Shown: positions 60,701 to 64,000 of the stretch, one piece after another
Position numbering within the stretch: the stretch's first letter is position 1
Layout of the letters: every line of letters starts with the position of its first letter
Origin: Entomortierella parvispora E1425
Taxonomy: Eukaryota; Fungi; Mortierellomycota
DNA: 64,000 nucleotides
NCBI GenBank assembly: GCA_020891255.1
Contig: BQFW01000013.1
Span: 806,001-870,000 of the forward strand
Direction of reading: 5' to 3'
Position numbers and translations under genes: made by a program
The notes under the pieces: model-generated
Databases searched by the model: none
Told to the model about the DNA's origin: nothing
Seen by the model: only the letters and a program-made list of their open reading frames with translations

Positions 60701-63197
60701 TTACTCCAGAGGTTGGGGAGTCGCATCCCCTCCATACCCCAGTGCCCAAAAGCCAACCACCAACAATGCAGTTCCCAGCACGTCAATCAGGGATGTCCTA
60801 AGGGTTATTTCAAGGAATAGAATAAAATACAGGTGAGAAATCTGCACTCCAACATCCTCATAAATGTTACTAGTTCCTCCTATTTGACTTACAAGATTGG
60901 CAGCGCGTAGTTGTCGGGGTCATACCCCCATCTCCAGAACGCCATTGTGATCCACTTGGCCAACGCCAGAGCAATGACCACCAACGTCAATGCCACGCCA
61001 GCATAGCCAATCACCACTCCAGCACTCCACTGTACATCGCCCAGACCCAAAAGTCCAATCACACCGAGAAACAAGATCTCAATGGGGATATGGACCAAGA
61101 ACAATGTCTTTTCTGTGGATCTGTAGTTCTCTTTCACGTTGGCATGGACTGCAGTACTGATTCGACTGGCATAGATGGATCCAATGTTTCCAGTGAGTCC
61201 ATTGAGAACGGGCGAGATCATGGCCATGCCTGGGAATTGATTGATATAGCGCTCAAGAGTCAATCCTGCTGTGCTGGCAATCACCATGGCGGCAAAGACT
61301 GGACCCCATCCTTCCTTGACGACTTCGGACACAAACTCGTTGCGTCGTACATAATACAACCATCCAGGAATCATTCCAATGAGTACGAGGAGCAGAATGA
61401 GGCACAGAGGTGTTTCTAAATTGAAATGAAAACCCAAGGGTCAGTTCTGAGAGAGTACTTGACAGGGATCTGAACACGTCCGCGAACAGGGTTTGCTTTT
61501 CCTTGACTTACGGATATATTTTACCAAGAAAACTGCGCAGCCAGACAGGATCATAAGAGTCACCAAGTCGCCAAACGAGGATGCAAGTGGGCATGCAATG
61601 TTGTCTAAACAATGTTTGCAAAAATGGGCCACTGTCAACTAAGGTTCATGTCCACACCAAACGAAAATGGAAGCATTCACCCTTTCCAAGGCATGAATCG
61701 CTCCGCCCTTCCTTTTATCTCCTTACCTGGATTGACCTTGAAGTGACGGCAGATCAAGACCAGTCCACACATAAAGCTTCCAAGAACAAAACTACTGATA
61801 GACGCACAGAGCATGCTCGATGAAATCATGAGAGCGATTTCCTCCAAGTTGTTGGTCGTTGGGTGAACAATCATGCCCAAAGCAAACGAGAACAATCCAG
61901 CTACAGATGCGACCGTCAAACTCTGCAATTGAAGCAACGCCAAATTTCCAATGATGAACGAATTTCGTGTAGTGGGTGAGTCCAGCAAGCCCATATTTGA
62001 CTACAGCGTCAGGGAAGCAAGAAAACAGTAAACAATCAGTAAATAAACGTTACAGATCATCGGTCAGTCATTTGCTTCCATCAATCACCCAGGGCTTTTG
62101 CGTTCCCCCCCTGAGAATTGATTTTTGTTGTTCCTTACAGCGGTGGAGAGACGACTCGCGAGGTTCATTTCCAAGTTTCCTTTCAAGTTCAGAAGGATGG
62201 GTATCAGGATAATGAGCTCTGAAATCTCGATGAACACTGGCCAATGCTGTCATATCATAAATAAAGGAAACGAATTGGGTCAGCTCTCTTTTACAATTCT
62301 AAGCAGCCATACACATCGTTGTTCCAGATGCAATTGCACGAGATAATCGAGCCCTACCTGAACTTCATCTAACAGCCAGCCTGCACAAATCAATCCACTG
62401 ACAGCGATCACAAGGGTCGTCGATGCCTATCATGACAAGTGTCCAACGGAGAAAAGTTTAGCGAAAAAGAGTCTCTTCTCGAGCCCAGTCCCTGTGAGAG
62501 CCGAGTCTTTTTCCTTTTTTCTTCATTTCTTGAGTTTGAGCGCTTAATCCAATCCAATTCCTTGGAGAAGCTCCCCTCGTGCCTGTTCGTGTCACAAAAA
62601 TAACACAAACGACGATTGTTTACGTCGCTCCCTCTGAAGAGAGAATTCACTCACCTGCATCCACAGACCCTTCTCCGAACTGTCGTCCGTGCCTACAGCA
62701 TCCGAGCTACCGCCCATAATCTGGCCACGTTCCTCGTCCTCAAAGTGATAACTATCCCTGTCATGGCCCGGTTCTGAATATTCAAAGCTCTCGGGTCGAC
62801 CCTTCTTGAGCGGGTAGGAAGAATCTGGGTCATGAACCGACTCGCCGTCGTGGACAGAGACGATGGTGCTCTGACTGTCGCTGGCTGGATCGGACGCGGG
62901 ATGAACAAAGCCATCGGCATGATGATCAAATTCCTGGTCGTCCGAGTCACTGTCGCCACCGAGGGTATGTTGAGTAGGCTGGTGGTTCATGGAAAAGGAG
63001 GTGGTTCGTGTCCTCTGTCGGTTGTTTTGGGATTGCTGACGGGAAGAGTGTGGTGAGGAAGACGGCGGATGACTACTAGAGTCTGGATCGAGGTCGTCTT
63101 CGTCCTGCGTTAGGTCTTGGGAGTGACGAGAGTTTAAAAGAGGGGTGTAAGATGCCTGGGCAAAGGAAGGCCCCGCGGAGGAGAGTAACCTTGACAT
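60701..63197 (-). CDS. SLC41/MgtE-family divalent cation transporter, multi-exon
   Basis: [74 protein letters not shown]|[12 protein letters not shown]...*. Confidence 0.9.
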
Positions 63198-64000
63198 GAC
63201 TAGGCTAGTGTTTCTGGGTGGATGTTTGTGAGCGAGGAGAGACTGGGTATCGGACAGATAGACAGGATAGAGATGCGAGATAAGAGTACAAGCAAGAAAG
63301 ATGGAAAAGAAGAGAGAGCTAGTTTCAGGCTATAGAAGTCTTGTATTGTGTGAAGGGAGCAAGGAGGAGAGGGAGGAGTGGGGTGCAAGAGAAGGAAAGA
63401 AGGAAGGAGATGCGATGGGTAATGAGGTCAGTTGTGCAAGGAGATAGTAGAGAGGAGAGTGAAAAGGGAGGGGACAAGAGGAGAAAAGAAGGGAGAAAAC
63501 ACACAGAGAGAAGGGCTGAGAGGAGGGAAAGAACAAAAAAGAGAAAGAGAAGCAGCGATGGATGCAGATGGATGCAGATGAGGGGTGAAGTGGAGTGAGA
63601 GAACAAGGGAGCAAGTACAAATGAACACAAGGGATGGTCTCCGTTTCTTGTGCATGCAATGCAGCAACGCAGCCGCCAGAGGGTATGCAGATGAGCGGAG
63701 AGCAGCAGTGAGGCGGGCAAAAAAAAAAGACAGAAGGATCGACATTAAGGGTGTATTCCCATGGCTTATCACGTGATCTTCATTTTGCAGCACAGATCGA
63801 GCCATGGCCACTGCAGCCAATCACCGCGCTTCACTCGACGGGATCTGCCCTGGATCAAGCTCTCTTGTTGTTGTGTGTGTTGTGGGTGCTATCTTGAGAA
63901 CGAACAGACAATCACCCCACTTTCAAGACTGTGCCATTTCTCATCTCTTTTGTTTCTTTTCATCTATTTTCTCATCCTCATCTTCTCCTTCTCATCCCTC

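Overview
Intron-rich fungal genomic DNA, most likely Mortierellaceae (inferred from a Crinkler gene, F-box/LRR paralogues, an Arm-NACHT NLR-like gene and C/G-ending codon bias). A core of housekeeping genes (PX/LEC1-like, TRAPPC2L, POL3, NDUFA2, Cu-only SOD, SEY1, NSE2, GMPPA, NTH1, CCS1, SLC41) is interrupted by two related accessory blocks (1-10 kb and 45-50.4 kb). Main result: the apparent ~113-bp minisatellite at 3.8-6.95 kb reads as an array of near-identical spliceosomal introns (GT donor, CTAAC branch point, long pyrimidine tract, AG), each pair separated by one hypervariable 3-nt exon. A signal-peptide first exon, 28 one-codon microexons and a 10-nt last coding exon join into an uninterrupted 51-aa secreted peptide (MKIKFLLVLVAFLGVTMAAPTIKDVLEEGFNTVLSDTSKGLILRLLDESDN). 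An inverted paralogue at 47.1-48.6 kb has the same first exon, intron unit and last exon but only 11 units and an unrelated mature peptide. Both copies lie just upstream of an NLR-like NACHT gene or its 5' remnant. The splicing model is inferred from sequence alone and needs transcript evidence.
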